Below, one piece after another: positions 24,891 to 38,759 of a stretch of DNA of 64,000 nucleotides; position 1 is the first letter of the stretch, and each line of letters begins with the position of its first letter. The notes beneath the pieces are model-generated. The model did no database searches and had not been told where the DNA came from. It saw only the letters and a list, made by a program, of their open reading frames with translations. This DNA is from Bispira polyomma (lineage: Eukaryota). The stretch lies in NCBI GenBank assembly GCA_965649765.1, contig OZ287749.1, positions 3,224,001 through 3,288,000 of the forward strand, written 5' to 3'. Position numbers and translations under genes: made by a program.

Positions 24891-26483
24891 CCACGATGAC
24901 GTTCATGGATAGGGTAACCTGTGCTAACACTGTCCCTGCAGTGAAGTTTTATATCTCCTGCTACATTCTTAAGCCACCTTAAGGTGCAATTGATATTCAA
25001 ACCCATGACTTTTGGGGTAGGGGGCAAATGTGTTAAATATTATATCACCAATCCCTCTACCATACCGTTAATGTGTGAACATAGCATTATTAAGCATTAC
25101 ATGTAAACCAAACAAACTCCACTGGATAAAATTGTAGTTAATATAATATAAAACAATATAGAGGGTGTAGTATAATAGGATAATATATGACAGAGTAATG
25201 TCTTCAAGCTTGATTAGTGTTTTCATGCTGTTTTGCACAGTGAAGTACTGCTTCAATTGACTTATGATGAAAAAATACTGCCCCAAGTATAGCCGTACTG
25301 GATCACTAGACAGGGCTCATTATATCACATTAAAACTGTCCAAAGTCCAAATAGAGGGCAGGTAGTAAGGGTTCTATAGAAATAATAATACAAGGTTAGA
25401 TATTGAATCCAAACTGCCTGATTTCCAAAAAAGCATAACTATAAACTGAATTCAGATCAATAATGTGAATTCAGATCAATAATTGAATTTTACACCAAAC
25501 CAGTGGTATTAGGGATAATAGGTCTGGTTGGAGCTTACGTCAACAGCTTAGGTCATATCAAGACAACCTGATTCAATGGTGAAAGAAACAGCTGCTGATA
25601 AATCCCAAGGGCTGTATAAGCAATCCTGCGTGCACTACTAACCTCTGGCCTATATTCACTTTGACCTGTTTAATAATTCACAATGTTAAAACTTTCAGTT
25701 TGTATCTTTTCTGATACAAAATTACTTGCAAATACAGTAGAAATCTAAATTTGGCTAGTTTTCTCATTTATTGAAGCTAATGGCAATTAAAAATAAGGGT
25801 CACCAGAGACATGAAATAACAGTGACATTCAAAAACTTAGTAAAATACTATAAGTGATATTGCAGCTGGAATTTAAACTTTCATAGTATGTGACTAATAA
25901 TTGTCGTTAGTCTAAAAGCAAAAGTGCTTGTTTTTTAAAAAAAAAAACGGCTTTAAAATTTGCATTTAGAATACAATTTAAATTAGTTTGGTCAGGTATT
26001 GTAAATCTTAACTAATTCAACAGTGTTTTTGGTTTCGTTTGTGTAAATTTGATTTTTTTTCTTGCAAGATGATGGTCTATATACATGGTGTGTTGTAGTA
26101 TTTTGGGTGACAAACGTGGTCTATACTGAGAAGTCATAGAAACCTGATATAAAAAAATGTTTGTTTTGTCTGAAGACTTGCATAATTAACACTTCTGGTT
26201 TTGGTGTGGAATTTAGATTTGTGTAGTGAACTTCATCAACCTCATCCAAACGAGAAAAATATGTTTAAACAAGTGGCTTTTTCTACTAATTTACGTGGAA
26301 ATTTTGGAAAGTCATATCAGGCTCATCCAATATTTAGAAAAATATAACATAAGAAAGAACCAAATATGTCCATGTAATTTCATTTCATTTAAAACTAGAA
26401 TGTCGTAATTGTCTGTCTTTTTTCGTATGTGGTAAGACTTTCACGGATGGTATGTATGGCAAGAGGCGGAGGTTACCATTTGC

Positions 26484-26679
26484 AAAACTTGACAAATCTG
26501 ACACGACACCTATAACACAAAAAGTATCATCTTTCCATTAAGTCTCAGTAGTATATTGATTAATCCAATAACCATACACAATTTTATAGCTTATGGCCAA
26601 CTTACAAAAATATCAATATTTCCGTATATTTCCAGTTGTACATAATATAGTAAACAGTTGTGTCAGATTTGTCAACTTT
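26484..26679. repeat. ~24-bp inverted repeats bounding a ~200-bp MITE-like segment
   Basis: aaaacttgacaaatctgacacgac vs gttgtgtcagatttgtcaacttt. Confidence 0.6.
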
Positions 26680-26699
26680 TTCTTAAGGGTCTTACAGAC

Positions 26700-29600
26700 T
26701 GTAGACTACACCATGTTACATGTCACAACAATAAAATAGAAATATAGTAATATAGAGAGGTTCTTCACACTGCTTATTACAGTCCAAGTTCTAAGATGTG
26801 AGGCTAATAAGTTAAGATAGTTTCCAAAGTAGTTTGTTGGAGATGGATAAATTTGTAAATCAGTAAAACTCTATTTGAGGATTTTATTTTTTACAGGTTA
26901 GTATATATGTACATGTACAGATAAGATGTAAAGTAATAAAAATTTTAAAATTATTTGAAATTTTTGAAATTTTTGACACCCAAGCCCAACTAAGAGGGAA
27001 GAGGAATGGTGGAAGCGAAAGTAAGGGGGACAACAGAAGCTGCTTCTGATGTCTGTTGCAAGTAGGTCCACACAGCTGAAGATCTCCATAAGCCATGTGA
27101 CATTATATTCTGAAATGAAACGTCATTGTTAAATGCATATGTGGCACCTGATCTTCTAAAAGTGTGAAAACCGTGGGTGTTGTATTCGATGCCAATGTGT
27201 TCTAAAATTTTTTGAAGGGCTGCCCTCACATGAGAATCCACCACAGGATAGAAAGGTAGAGTAGCTAATGCAAATAAGGGTGCTTTGTGTGAAAGATTCC
27301 CGGGAGCAAGCAATTTCCTTAAAGCTAGTACAGGGCAGGGTGTGCTATTGTGGAGTTCAGGAATCTGTATTGTGTGTATCAGATTTGTTCTGTAATTGTT
27401 TTGCCCACTTAAGTGTTATGTGTGCCCCAGGTGGTCTAAATGATAGGTCTTGCCTAAGAAAATGTCTGGTAGGATCAAATGCAGATTTTGAGTGTGCTGC
27501 TATATTGGAAAGTCTCAAAAATGTAAAAAATGCCATGAGAAATATGGCCCTAAACAATAATGGACCTTCCAGGATATTGCAAGCTTTGGAAATGTTAGCC
27601 ATTTGTTGTATGTCGAAGATGCCTTTATGTTTTGGCTTGAAAGCTGAATTATGTGTCAAGCTTCTCAAGAATAATTGAATGTATTTGTGTAATAACGAAA
27701 TGGGGTCTGTTTGATATTTTTGTATCATGTACTTGATAGCAGCTACATAGTTATTTATAGCCCTAGGTGATAGCCCCGCTTGAACCAGGCATTCTAGAAA
27801 TACCAGTACTGAATGTATTGTTACTTGGTAAATGCCAACAAAATGATTACATGCCAAAACAGTACAAAATTGTGATTTATAAGCACTAGCTGTCTTTGGT
27901 CTGATGGCAGTGTCAATTCTGTTCCAGGCTGAGGCTACAAACTGACTGCTGAGGTTGGTGGAGCCTGTAATTACACAGATAAATTAAGGTTAAAGTGTTC
28001 CAATGGAACTTGTTTACACTGAAATTTATTGTTTAATGTATCTAACATTTCCACACAAGGTGGGTGAGCTGAATATATAGATAAAGCGTCTGCTATGATA
28101 TTTGGTTTTCAAGGAATATGTTCCATGGTGAGTGTTATATCAAATGATGCTGCTATCAGCCACAAGTTCCTTAAGCAAAGTGCTAAAAAGTCGTCTTTAG
28201 TCTTTTGGGATCTGACAACCAATACTACAGCCATATTATCACAAAGAATGTTTAATTTTCTGTGGGCCCAGTCATTTGCCCAAATTCTAATAGCTATTAT
28301 AATATTTAACATCTCGAGATGTGCAATATTTAAGTCCCGATTATAAACGTTATGTATTGGGGTTGCGTATATCTGGTCGCCCCAGACGCCTCCAAAGGCT
28401 GTGAGGCAAGCGTCCAAGTGTAGTTCGTTGGCGTGCAAAATTATAGGAAGGAAGAAATTTTAGAAACCATTGCAAATCACTTTTCATGTCCCCATCGACC
28501 TTAATGCGCTTCTCAGTACTGCCTCTAAAGGCCATTAGAAGTCTGCATATGAATGTGCGTGCTGGTTTTACACACTTGTGAATGTACAGCAGACTACCTA
28601 ATAGGGATTGATTTTTGTTTTTAGAAATAAATTTTTTATTATAAATTTCCGAACAAAGATTCCAAATTTGGGTAATTTTTTCCTTAGTAATAGAAATTGT
28701 GCCCTTCTGAAAATCAATATCTATACCAAAACATGTCATGCTCTGTGTGGGTGAAGTGAGTTTCTCGTTGTTCATGGGGAGACCTAATTTTTTTAATAAT
28801 TCTGTCAAAATTTGAAAACTTTTTTGAGCCTTATGTTTAGGTGTGATACATATGTAGTCATCGATGTAGCAAAGTAAATTGAAACCTGGAGAACAGTGTA
28901 ATTGTGTGGAATTAATGGCTTTGACTGGGCCCAACATAGCTCCATTTTCTTTCTCTTTGTCTAGATATTGACCCACTGCATTAGTGTATTGTAAAGCAGA
29001 GAAGTGATTTTTTGTTTTAACATTGTTTAACTAATCAGGATTAGTAAGACTCAAAGGAAAACCAAATTGCACACACTGGATTACCAGCTGGTGAGGATAA
29101 TCAGAAAAAATGTTTTCCCAAGCACTTGGGTTCGAACCTGAAATGATTGGATACCTGGCTTTTCTGTAGTTAGGAAGTTCAGTGTCACTAACCAGCTTGC
29201 CAATTTCAATCATTTTTTCTACTGAATCAATGTTAACAGGTTTCCTGTCCGGACCCTTAAATTTAAATTTTGTAGAAGAAAGTGCAATGAAACCTATGGT
29301 TTTGTTTGGATCATTAATGTCAGTGTTACCAGAACTGGTATGTTCCTGTCTTCCTGGATATTTGTGCTATGACAGTTTTTGAAGAAGACAGACAGATGCG
29401 TATGTGATTGTGGTAAGTCACCCCTACTCACCTTTTCCTGCTTGCTTTTATTATCAATCATTTTATTTCCATTTTTACTATTTTTAACAGACCAGATGTC
29501 TGCTGCCTGTGACTGCTTAATTAAGACATCAATAACATTTTCCATGTAGAAAGTATAATTACAATTATATTGGACAGAGGACTGCAGATCCCTTTTATAG

Positions 29601-31900
29601 TAATAATGACAATTTTTAGATTGTTTTCTGGTGTCATAAGAATAATTGGCAACACTCGGTTGAATTTTTTTCACCATACTATCACCCAGCCAAATTTGAG
29701 CTTTGTATCTATCTATGATCTGCGGTTCACCTGTTGAAGTAATAACTGTTGGAGAATATACCATACAATTATATGTAGCACAATGGCAGAGGCAGTAAAA
29801 GCCCTTGCTACATTTTGTATTTTCACTACAAATGTAAGCCACTGGGGCCATAACTCCTCCATAATTAGACATTTCAGATAAATTTGTAACAGATATCTGC
29901 ACTTGAAAAGTTTTGCCAGTAATACAACCAGTATCTTTTCCACCCGAATTGACTAAAAATCTAGGGTTAATATCTCCTAGATTTCCCTGTAAGCAAATTT
30001 CTGTTTCAACATCTATTACATTTTTACTACTTGTTTTAACATTATGAGTATCATAATGACCCCTTGGTATGTTCCCAACTACCTGCATGTAGACATTATT
30101 GGCAATGTTGAAATTAGTCTTGGCTTTATAATTATCATTATTTATTTTACTAGTAATAGCTTTTCTTTTCTTACTATTCACACAAATTATGTTACTTCTC
30201 TGTTTAATTCTATACACTTCCTATTCGCTGATTGGATGACGGTATTGTCCCTAACAATTACTTGACTGTTTTGGATTTTTGTTCAAATTAGCCTGAAATT
30301 TAAAGCACTTGAATTCGGGATGCACTGCATCCTTGCCAAGTGTTTTGAACAGTGCCAACAAATATGCCTGTAAATAGCATGGTCGGTTTTGTGGGAACAT
30401 TTCCCATTATTGTACAACTTACAGATCGTCTTAAATTCATTTTGTTTCCCCTTACTCAGATCATTGCTACCATTATTAGCAGTATTGCTTACAAGTGCCA
30501 TTTGAGATGCACTTAATCTATTTAAAACCCACTGCGTTTGGTTGTCCCATGTAAGTCGCCCTTCCTCTATCTCCTGCATACTGTGGCCCCAGGCCGTGCG
30601 CACGACTGGCCAGGGGAGAGCTACCGCATCCCTGAGTGTGTGAACTACCTGCTGGATCATGCCTTTCATCAAGGCAGGGTCTGCTACTAGAAGGGCGTTG
30701 TTGAGCTGATTAGCCGCCCATTGCGCCATAGACAAGCTTTCCGTTTCGCATTTGCGCCTACCCACCCCTCATTCGGCCATCAAAATTTGGGGTCTGCTAT
30801 GGAAATGTCAGAACTGTTATAACGCCCAGATTGTTGTTTTACTGGAGCCTTACCTTGGAGATTGTCTCTCTGGATATTGGTCTCATACCCCACTAATTGC
30901 TTGGCTATGGCAGCCTGTATGGCTGGTATCGCCCGAAGAGTGTCCAGTTGTGGAACCACGCCGTCCTTGGCAAAGTCCTGGTGAACCGGGGGTTTTGTGG
31001 TTGGACCTGGATTCATCGCCCGCGTAGGACCTAACGGAGTTGGAGCTATCGAAGCTGGAGCTGCCGATGTGGAGTGGTGCGGTCCCGTGGTGTCTGCTGC
31101 CAGCCTAGTAAATAGCGCTTGTTGAGTCTGAGTCGTTTCAACCTTACTGATTCGCTGACTGAGTTCTGCGTTCGAGGTTTCCAGTCATCTATAGTATAGC
31201 CAGCATCTCTGAAGAGCTGTCTGTGCTAGCAGTAACGCTTGACATAGACTGTTGACTCGCCATGAGTGGTTGAATGGCAGTCGCCCCCCGACATGCCTGC
31301 AATCGTGAGGATATAACCCCAGCATAAGCAAGGTCTCTATCTGCAGTTGGATAGCCCAGAGCATGTGGAAGTAGAGACTCGGTGGTAATATTACTAGGTG
31401 CACGTGGAGGTGTGAGTTGGTAGTGGTTGTGGACAAGAATTCTGGAGATGGTTCGAGAGGTCTAGATGCTAGAGCAGTGAACTGTGCTTGAACCTCGGAA
31501 ACTATAAAGTCTGATACCTGCTGACCTTCCTTACTGAGGTCTGTTGGAATTATCGTGCTTTTCTTTGTCCTCACCTTGGTCGACCTTGTAACTGGTGTTT
31601 TTCTAGTTGTTTTGCCCATTTTCCTCTTATGGACCACACTATACATTAATGGTAACTGGATGTATAAAATTAAAAACAAACTAAAATAAAACAAATAAAA
31701 ACACTATATACATTCCAGTTTTTCAAAATCAAATCTCGAGTTAATAATGCTAACAAGATGGAGGGGACCGGTCATGGGTGACTAAACCTCAATTTGATTG
31801 GAGGTTGTCAAATAAACAGGAAAATAAAGGTTAGTTATAACCTAAGATTTTTAAGGTTAAATAAATCTTATGTTGGACCGAACTAACAGACCCCTAGAGT
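26700..31900 (-). mobile_element. Element B: degraded DIRS/Ngaro-like YR retrotransposon (separate family)
   Basis: gag ~31619-30250 (AQWAANQL, WPVVR, CKLYNNGKC..HICWHC); pol ~30217-27971 with central RT motifs deleted (LHCSP joined to FNLLCYIDD) and RNase H LDAC/HLE/CDN; YR 27964-26990 (FLRLSN, HTFRRSGAT, HGLWRSSAVWTY). Several frameshifts. Confidence 0.92.
27965..30853 (-). other. Predicted phase-1 gag-to-YR intron (element B)
   Basis: Donor CAAG|GTAAGG; acceptor TAATTACAG|GC directly after the pol stop. The spliced frame gives ...DNLQ-G-STNLSSQFVASAWNRIDTAIRPKTASAY. Confidence 0.72.
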
Positions 31901-32065
31901 AGTCGTGTTGTGCACATGCCACTACACCACACTGAACAACAATGAAATTTAATTTGGAGAAATGTTTAAAAAAAACATTGTGTCATTGAGTGTTTCTATA
32001 TTGCTTGTGTCAAATGTATATATCTTCCCGCTCATGACTGAGGAGATGTACATTATATGGTATAT

Positions 32066-32277
32066 GTAGTGGTGCGTTGTGTTTGGTGTGAATAGTACTG
32101 TCTGGCAGTGATGTGTTATCCCTTGTGGTATAGTCTCATGTAGTGTAGTTGGCGGTGTGTGAGGGCAGTTTGTAAATGGCCTTACAATCCACAAACTACA
32201 CTACACTGCATGGGACAACACACCACCGCACTACAGTACTATATATACCAACCATGACACAGCACTCCGCAACCATA
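32066..32277. repeat. Imperfect ~80-bp-arm foldback
   Basis: ttggtgtgaatagtactgt..gtgtt(a/g)tccc..tgtagtgtagtt vs aactacactaca..gggacaacac..acagtactatatataccaa. Confidence 0.6.
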
Positions 32278-33158
32278 TAAAATACATTTTAGTCTTAAAT
32301 AAACTCTATATATTATCTTATTCCTATTTTTGGGAGTGTTGTATTGTCAAGTCGTCGGTCTGTAAGGCCATTAAGGCCCTTTATGGTAACCAATCTGTCA
32401 CCGGTTGCTACAAAAGCCACGAAACATGGGCAGAAATCTCGGTCTAGTCTGTGGTGTGTGGCCTGGACTCTTATTCTTGTTACTCCTATTATATAGTGTT
32501 AAATATGTATACAAATAAAACACTATAAACATTTATTTGTACAAATCGTGCTCAAGACACATAACTGATACCACACCATTATATAGATAGGTACAGTTGT
32601 TACCTTTAACAAACATTGTTTCCAACTAACGATAAATTATCTTCATTGTACACATTTCTGGTACAATTATCCATAAAGTGTTTAAATGTATTTGGTGACA
32701 ATAGCCTTCAAACTACAGGTACAGTTATCTTTGGGTGTCAGTTAAGACAAATCCAGTGTAATTCCCAGATCTCACTGTGGCAAATTTTGATCATGAATGC
32801 TGGCAAAACTGAAATTATTCATGGTTGGTGGCCAATTGCTCCTGATTATTCCTCACTATTCTCCATTCCTCGCGCTGTGGCTATGAAAATTTCAGACTGT
32901 TTAAATTTCGCGTATCCATTCGAAATGATTTTTTTCTCCAAAAATTTCCATAGTTGAAAACAGCTTACTTGAAGTTGAAGTTTCCTAGTAGCTTTCTCTT
33001 ACAGACATTCGCTTATATACTGCTATTCCTTGATCACATATACACAATCAACCTACATAGTTGGTAGGCAAGTCCTCCTGATTGTTCCTCATTTTTTTTA
33101 ATCTCCATCCCTCACTTATCTCTGCAGCAAATTTCACATCCATCGAAGCATATTATTC

Positions 33159-36100
33159 TACAGTTTCCCCAGGCAGTCCAGTTTATGATGAAGATGATTC
33201 AGTTTTGAGTTACTAAGTTTCAGGTACAACACTACAGCCTACAATAATGTCACCTTAACATGTGGTAAGTTATTGTTCGACATTCATTTAAGGTGACCTT
33301 ATATTCTACATTAGGATTACCTTAACTAAAGTTGAGGTTACCATTGTTAGTTTGAGGTTACCTTAACCTTAAGGGTTACCTATTACTTTGTTATTTGCTA
33401 TACTATTTTAACCTTGGTATTTACTTTATTGTTGTATATATGTATCTATGTATATAGTTAAATAACTAATTACTGACTATTATGTAAAATTGTAAAGATA
33501 AAAGACTAAAATACACTAAAATTGTTACTTGTAGTTATTAGCGAAGGAAATTGCATAAAAGAGCAGCCTTACAAAGACTGAGCCTTGATAAAGGCTGGAG
33601 CTCAAGTGAGCAAGCCTCGTAAAGGCTATTTACATCGCACACCTATTAATGCTGCCCCAGTAACGTGGAATGCGAGGAGTTGGGGCCCCGGACCTGGGGC
33701 ACTAAGTCGCCTAGCAGCAGGGAGTTCAGCCGCCCAGAGCTTTTATTCTACCAGCTAAGGGGAAAGATGGGCGACTGGACCCGCCACCAAACGGTCCGAG
33801 ACCCAAACATCACATCATGCATTCAATGAAACTGGTACAGAAACTACCTACTGACAAAATATACAATTTAAAACCACTGCCCTTTAAATTTGTTTCTTGG
33901 AAGTGGGTGGGTGGGTATTTTTCCTTGTTGTCTCCACAACATCTACTTTAAGAATGATATTTATTAAACATTCCCCAATTGGTGAACAATTTTGGGCGGG
34001 AAATTTGCCGCCCTGTGTAGGCTTAATGAGTGCTTTTACTTTAAGACCTGCCAGGGGAAACTGACACCTGACGCTGGCTGACACGTGCTCAACTTACAGT
34101 TTCCCCAAGCAGTCCAGTTTATGATGAAGATGATTCAGTTTTGAGTTACTAAGTTTCAGGTACAACACATAGTAAAAACGAATTTGTAAAATCATTGGGC
34201 TTTATTAAATACATACATATATACATTGTTAAAACTAAACTACTGCCTACAATAAGGTCACCTTAACATGTGGTAAGTTATTGTTCGACATTCATTTAAG
34301 GTGACCTTATATTCTACATTAGGATTACCTTAACTAAAGTTGAGGTTACCATTGTTAGTTTGAGGTTACCTTAACCTTGCTATACTACTTTAACCTTGCT
34401 ATTTACATTATTGTTGTATATATGTATCTATGTATATAGTTAAATGACCAAACCCAATTTGTAGGTGTAATTTAAAGGTTGTGGCAAACCTGCCCGCTGC
34501 AGCAGGGGTCTTGATGAGGGAAGATGGCGTCCGACCTCCAGCCACCATGCACCTTTATGTGGTCCAAATTGACATTGTGGTCGAAGGCCCATGAGGCCCC
34601 GGAACGACGTAGAGTGTGGAAGCCATACTCTGCTGTGGGAAGTTTGATCTTCTTAACTAGGTTGGCCAGGACCTTTCGTACCTGGTGAGATGTGATAGTA
34701 ACTGTGGTGTGGTTATGTGTGTACATAAATAATGGTTTTTTCTTAGATCGATTGGCTGGGACCAGCTTCTGTAAGGCCCTAACTGAGCAAAGGGAAGAAC
34801 CAGGGAGTACAGGTATTTGAACAACTTGTACTTGGCCAGAGGTTTGCATATTTTTAGCGCACTTTGTTATGATGTGTGCCCCAGGACTACCCAAAATGAT
34901 GTCATTCTCAGTTGGGAACCTGGATGGCTGAAACTGAGCTACTGTATCTGGGACGAGGGTTGCTAATCTGTAAATGCCGAAAAACCTAACAAAATTATGT
35001 CCTTGAACTCCCTAGCCACGAGAAAGCCGGTAGCACCCGCAATCAATTGCTGTAACTTATTTGGAGAGAAGACCCCTTTTATTCTGTACTACAAGGGTGC
35101 ATTGTGTGCAACAGATTTAATCATAAGGGTTACTTTTTTGTGATGCAACACGCTTAAGGGAAAATTGTACATATGAAAGAAATGTTTCATAACTGTTGTG
35201 TAACCTGTAAGGGTAGTAGCTCTGAGCCCCTGTTGGGCCAAAAGAACTCAAGAAATAATAAAACAGAATTAAGGTCACAGGGGAAGTCAATTTGTAGGTA
35301 CACTAGCAGTGCTAAGTATAGCCTAAATTTTGCTTTGTAGGCTGTTGAAGTGCGGTGCCTGGAACCCGTAGTCACCTGGGCATTGGCATCTTGAAGTAAT
35401 CCTTTCACCAGGGGGTGACCTACAATGATTAAATGTTATAGTTAGGAACTAACCATTCTTGTTTTACTTCATGCCAAGTACACGTATGCAAGAATTTGAC
35501 TTCAGCCTTATTGGTTGTGTTAAAGTGATTCCAACGAGATAATAAGTCAGCATAAGTATTGTTGATACCCCTAACGTGCTGGACAGAAATTTCTATATTG
35601 TGTGTGGCTAGTATCAACCATAAGGTGCGCGCGCAGGCATTGAGGAAAACATCCCTACATTTAAATTTATTAAGGATATGTACAACAGCTAAATTGTCAC
35701 AATGGAAACATATTTTCTGGTTGACCCAACTGGACCCCCATAATTGGAAGGCCACTATGACGTTGACCATTTCGAAGTGTACTATACTAAGGGCATCCTT
35801 ATAATGTTCAGGGATTTGTACTGAATAGAATTGATTGTCCCAAAAGGCCCCCAGCCCACTCAAGGACACATCGACATATAATTGATATATTGGGCTATTG
35901 TTTTGGTGTATTTCTGTTACCCCGTTAGAAGGCCCCAGGAATCGACAGAACCAATTAATATCCCGGTGAAAGCCGTCAATTAGCTCAATTGATACATTAG
36001 GGGGAGCCCCCAGCAGCACCCCCAATATTCTATTAACAAACAGGCAGGTGGGCTTCACACACCGGTGAACGTAGAGTAATTTTCCTATTAACTTCTGCAA

Positions 36101-37393
36101 ACCCTTGCGAGTCTCCCGTGTTTTGGTTTTTCATTGTAAACATAAGGACTTTACTTCTTGCAATTTATCTGCTGGAATTGTTAACCTGCCCGTTTGTGTA
36201 TTAATACTTATTCCTAAACACACTAATTCTTTTGTTGGGGTGTCCACCTTGTCTTCATTTATGGGTAGGCCTAAATTAACAATTAAATTTTGCAATGTAT
36301 TAAATGCAAGGTTAGACATTCTTGGAGGCGTAATTCCTATACATCGTCTAAATAAGAACATACCCAATAATTGTTACTGTGCATTAGGTATGTAGTACAG
36401 TCTGTACTCATTTGACACGCGCATGCGCCCGAGGAAAGTCCAACGAGAACACTAATGTCCACATATAAGTTATCTTTCCAACTAAGCCCTAATACAGAGT
36501 AGTCTAACGCGTCAGTTCGCAAGTTCCTATATGCACGTTGCAAATCTATTTTATATAAAAGGCATTGTGGGCTTAACTGGCTATCTTGTCCTCAATATTA
36601 TCAATAGTTGGATATTTAAGTTGGAACTCTATGTTATTAAATACGTTTTTTGGAATATTTGAGTTCACACTATTGTCACGAGGCCAAGACATGTCTACTA
36701 TAATGCGCCTACTGCCATTTGGTTTGGGCCTCGACATCAATGGAAAAATATGCAACTGTTTAAAAGGGCTCACTGCCAAAAGGCCTACCATAGCCTTATA
36801 ACTAACTTCAGTTTTGAAATACTCGTCCACGTCTTGTGGGTATGCAATTGCTGACTCGTGATAAGTCACCGCTGTGTTGTACCGAAAAGTACTATAATAG
36901 TAATAGGGAACCCGTACTGGAGATATTCATAGACAATAGGAAAGGGGTAGTCTTTTAAATAAGCACAACAAGCTGGTATTTTCAATTGAGAGGGAACAGT
37001 GACTCTAGCCCCCCTATAATTTGGGAGTCCCGTCTCCTTTGCTAAAGCATGGGCCCTCTACATTGTTGGCAAGTTTAAGCTCTTGTCCTGGGTTAATTGG
37101 TATAAAACCCTGCAACCATTCTTTGGTGTTGCCCCCATTTGTATTCAGAACACCTCCCCCATCCCCATAACAACAAATAGCTGTCAGATATGGTTTTTGT
37201 GTGGGTGTTAATAACTGGGGTTTGTTTGTTCACACCAAATTGCCCTTGGAGAATGGCCGTGCCAACATTAAAAGTCTTTTTAAAATTTTGGCGGGAAATT
37301 TGCCGCCCTGTGTAGGCTTAATGAGTGCTTTTACTTTAAGACCTGCCAGGGGAAACTGACACCTGACGCTGGCTGACACGCGCTCAACTTACA
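33159..37393 (-). mobile_element. Element C: gag-deleted DIRS/Ngaro-like element with a1-ORFs-b1-a2-b2 repeat structure
   Basis: pol fragments (PLMSRPKP, IVDMSWP, YLDD, LIGKL, CDN, ADLLSR) and YR (HTLRRSGAS, HGGWRSDA). Direct repeats at 37285-37393 / 33989-34098 and 34095-34446 / 33159-33465. TACA at 33159, 34095 and 37390. Confidence 0.92.
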
Positions 37394-38759
37394 CTCGTGG
37401 TGGAGTCAGCTCTGGCATTGTAAATAATTGGTGGATAGTCGCCAACATTAAGAAAATCCCGGCCTTTCATATATAATGATGAAGTATTGAAATTATCTAT
37501 CATTCTCCTCAGCATACTTGCAGCACCCTCTTCTATGTGTGACCTAGGTATTAAGTAACATGATCTTAGTACAAATTATTGACATGTAATATCAAGTTAA
37601 TTAACACCTTAGTAAGGTTTGTATTTTAAGTATACATATCAAATGTCTTAAAACATATAACAATATAATTGACGATTAAATTTCACTGTTGCAATTAAAA
37701 ATCCCTTCTTCATATGTGTATTTTGAAATAGAGATATACCAAAAAAATGTCATTGTAACATTAAAAACAAAAAACATACTGTTTCGTTTATATTTATACG
37801 TATTACCAGAAAAAAGCTAGTTGAGGCTGAAAGTATGGAATGACTGTATTTTTCAAGTCTGAAAATGTTATGCAAGACAGTTTGTTCTATACCTAATCTT
37901 AAATGTCATATGTACAAAACAGTGACCTTGTACGTAAAGTGACCAGCAAAATGGATTAAACTTCATCCTCTTCATCTCATATTAAGACACTCTGTCCCTC
38001 TGCCAAAAGAGGGCTCTAATTTTGCTGTAACATTTATCAGTTACTAACCAGTTTTGTCCCATTACTTGATCACATCCGCCCACTTCATAATCTATACAGT
38101 TTATACCTCAGTAAGCCCTTGTATTTCTATAGTCTACCTTGTCATGTACACGATTTGCGACAAGCACAGGTCATTCAAGTCATGCCTCTCTGGCTACTAA
38201 AATTTCAAACTCTTTTTATCCAGCCAAAAATATGCATTGGTGAGTATCAGCCTTCTTAAAGTTGTAGCTTCCTTGTAGCTATATCGTACATACAGTCGCC
38301 TGTATGTTTCCAATCACTTGTCACACATACATAACATACCGAGTTGGTAGTAAATTTTTCACGATTCCCCATCCATTGAAGAGTATTATTTGACCCTTGT
38401 GCTGGAATTGGCTCTGACATGGTAATTTATTGGTTGACATGGCCAGTCAAAGTCAACGTGTGTCAGTAAATTTTTATATCTTTATACATTATATCTACGT
38501 GTCATCATGTATCACAACACAATGTGTGACATCCAGCCCAGAGTTTCTGGCATCATCTATATGAGAACACCCAAATTGCATACTTGAAAACATGAGCTTA
38601 TATAATTCTCAAGGATACCAATAAGAAATATGACTGCCAGAAGCTAGTTTGTCATTGATGATTGATGTTCTGTGTAAGTAGTAAAGCCTTTGTCCAGGCA
38701 CTTCATCTGCTTCAAATAAAACAGATATCAACTTATCTAAATAAGTTTAAAATGAAATC

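Noticed and set aside
30230-30300. -1 frameshift signal in element B
   Set aside because: No XXXYYYZ heptamer plus stem found at the gag end.
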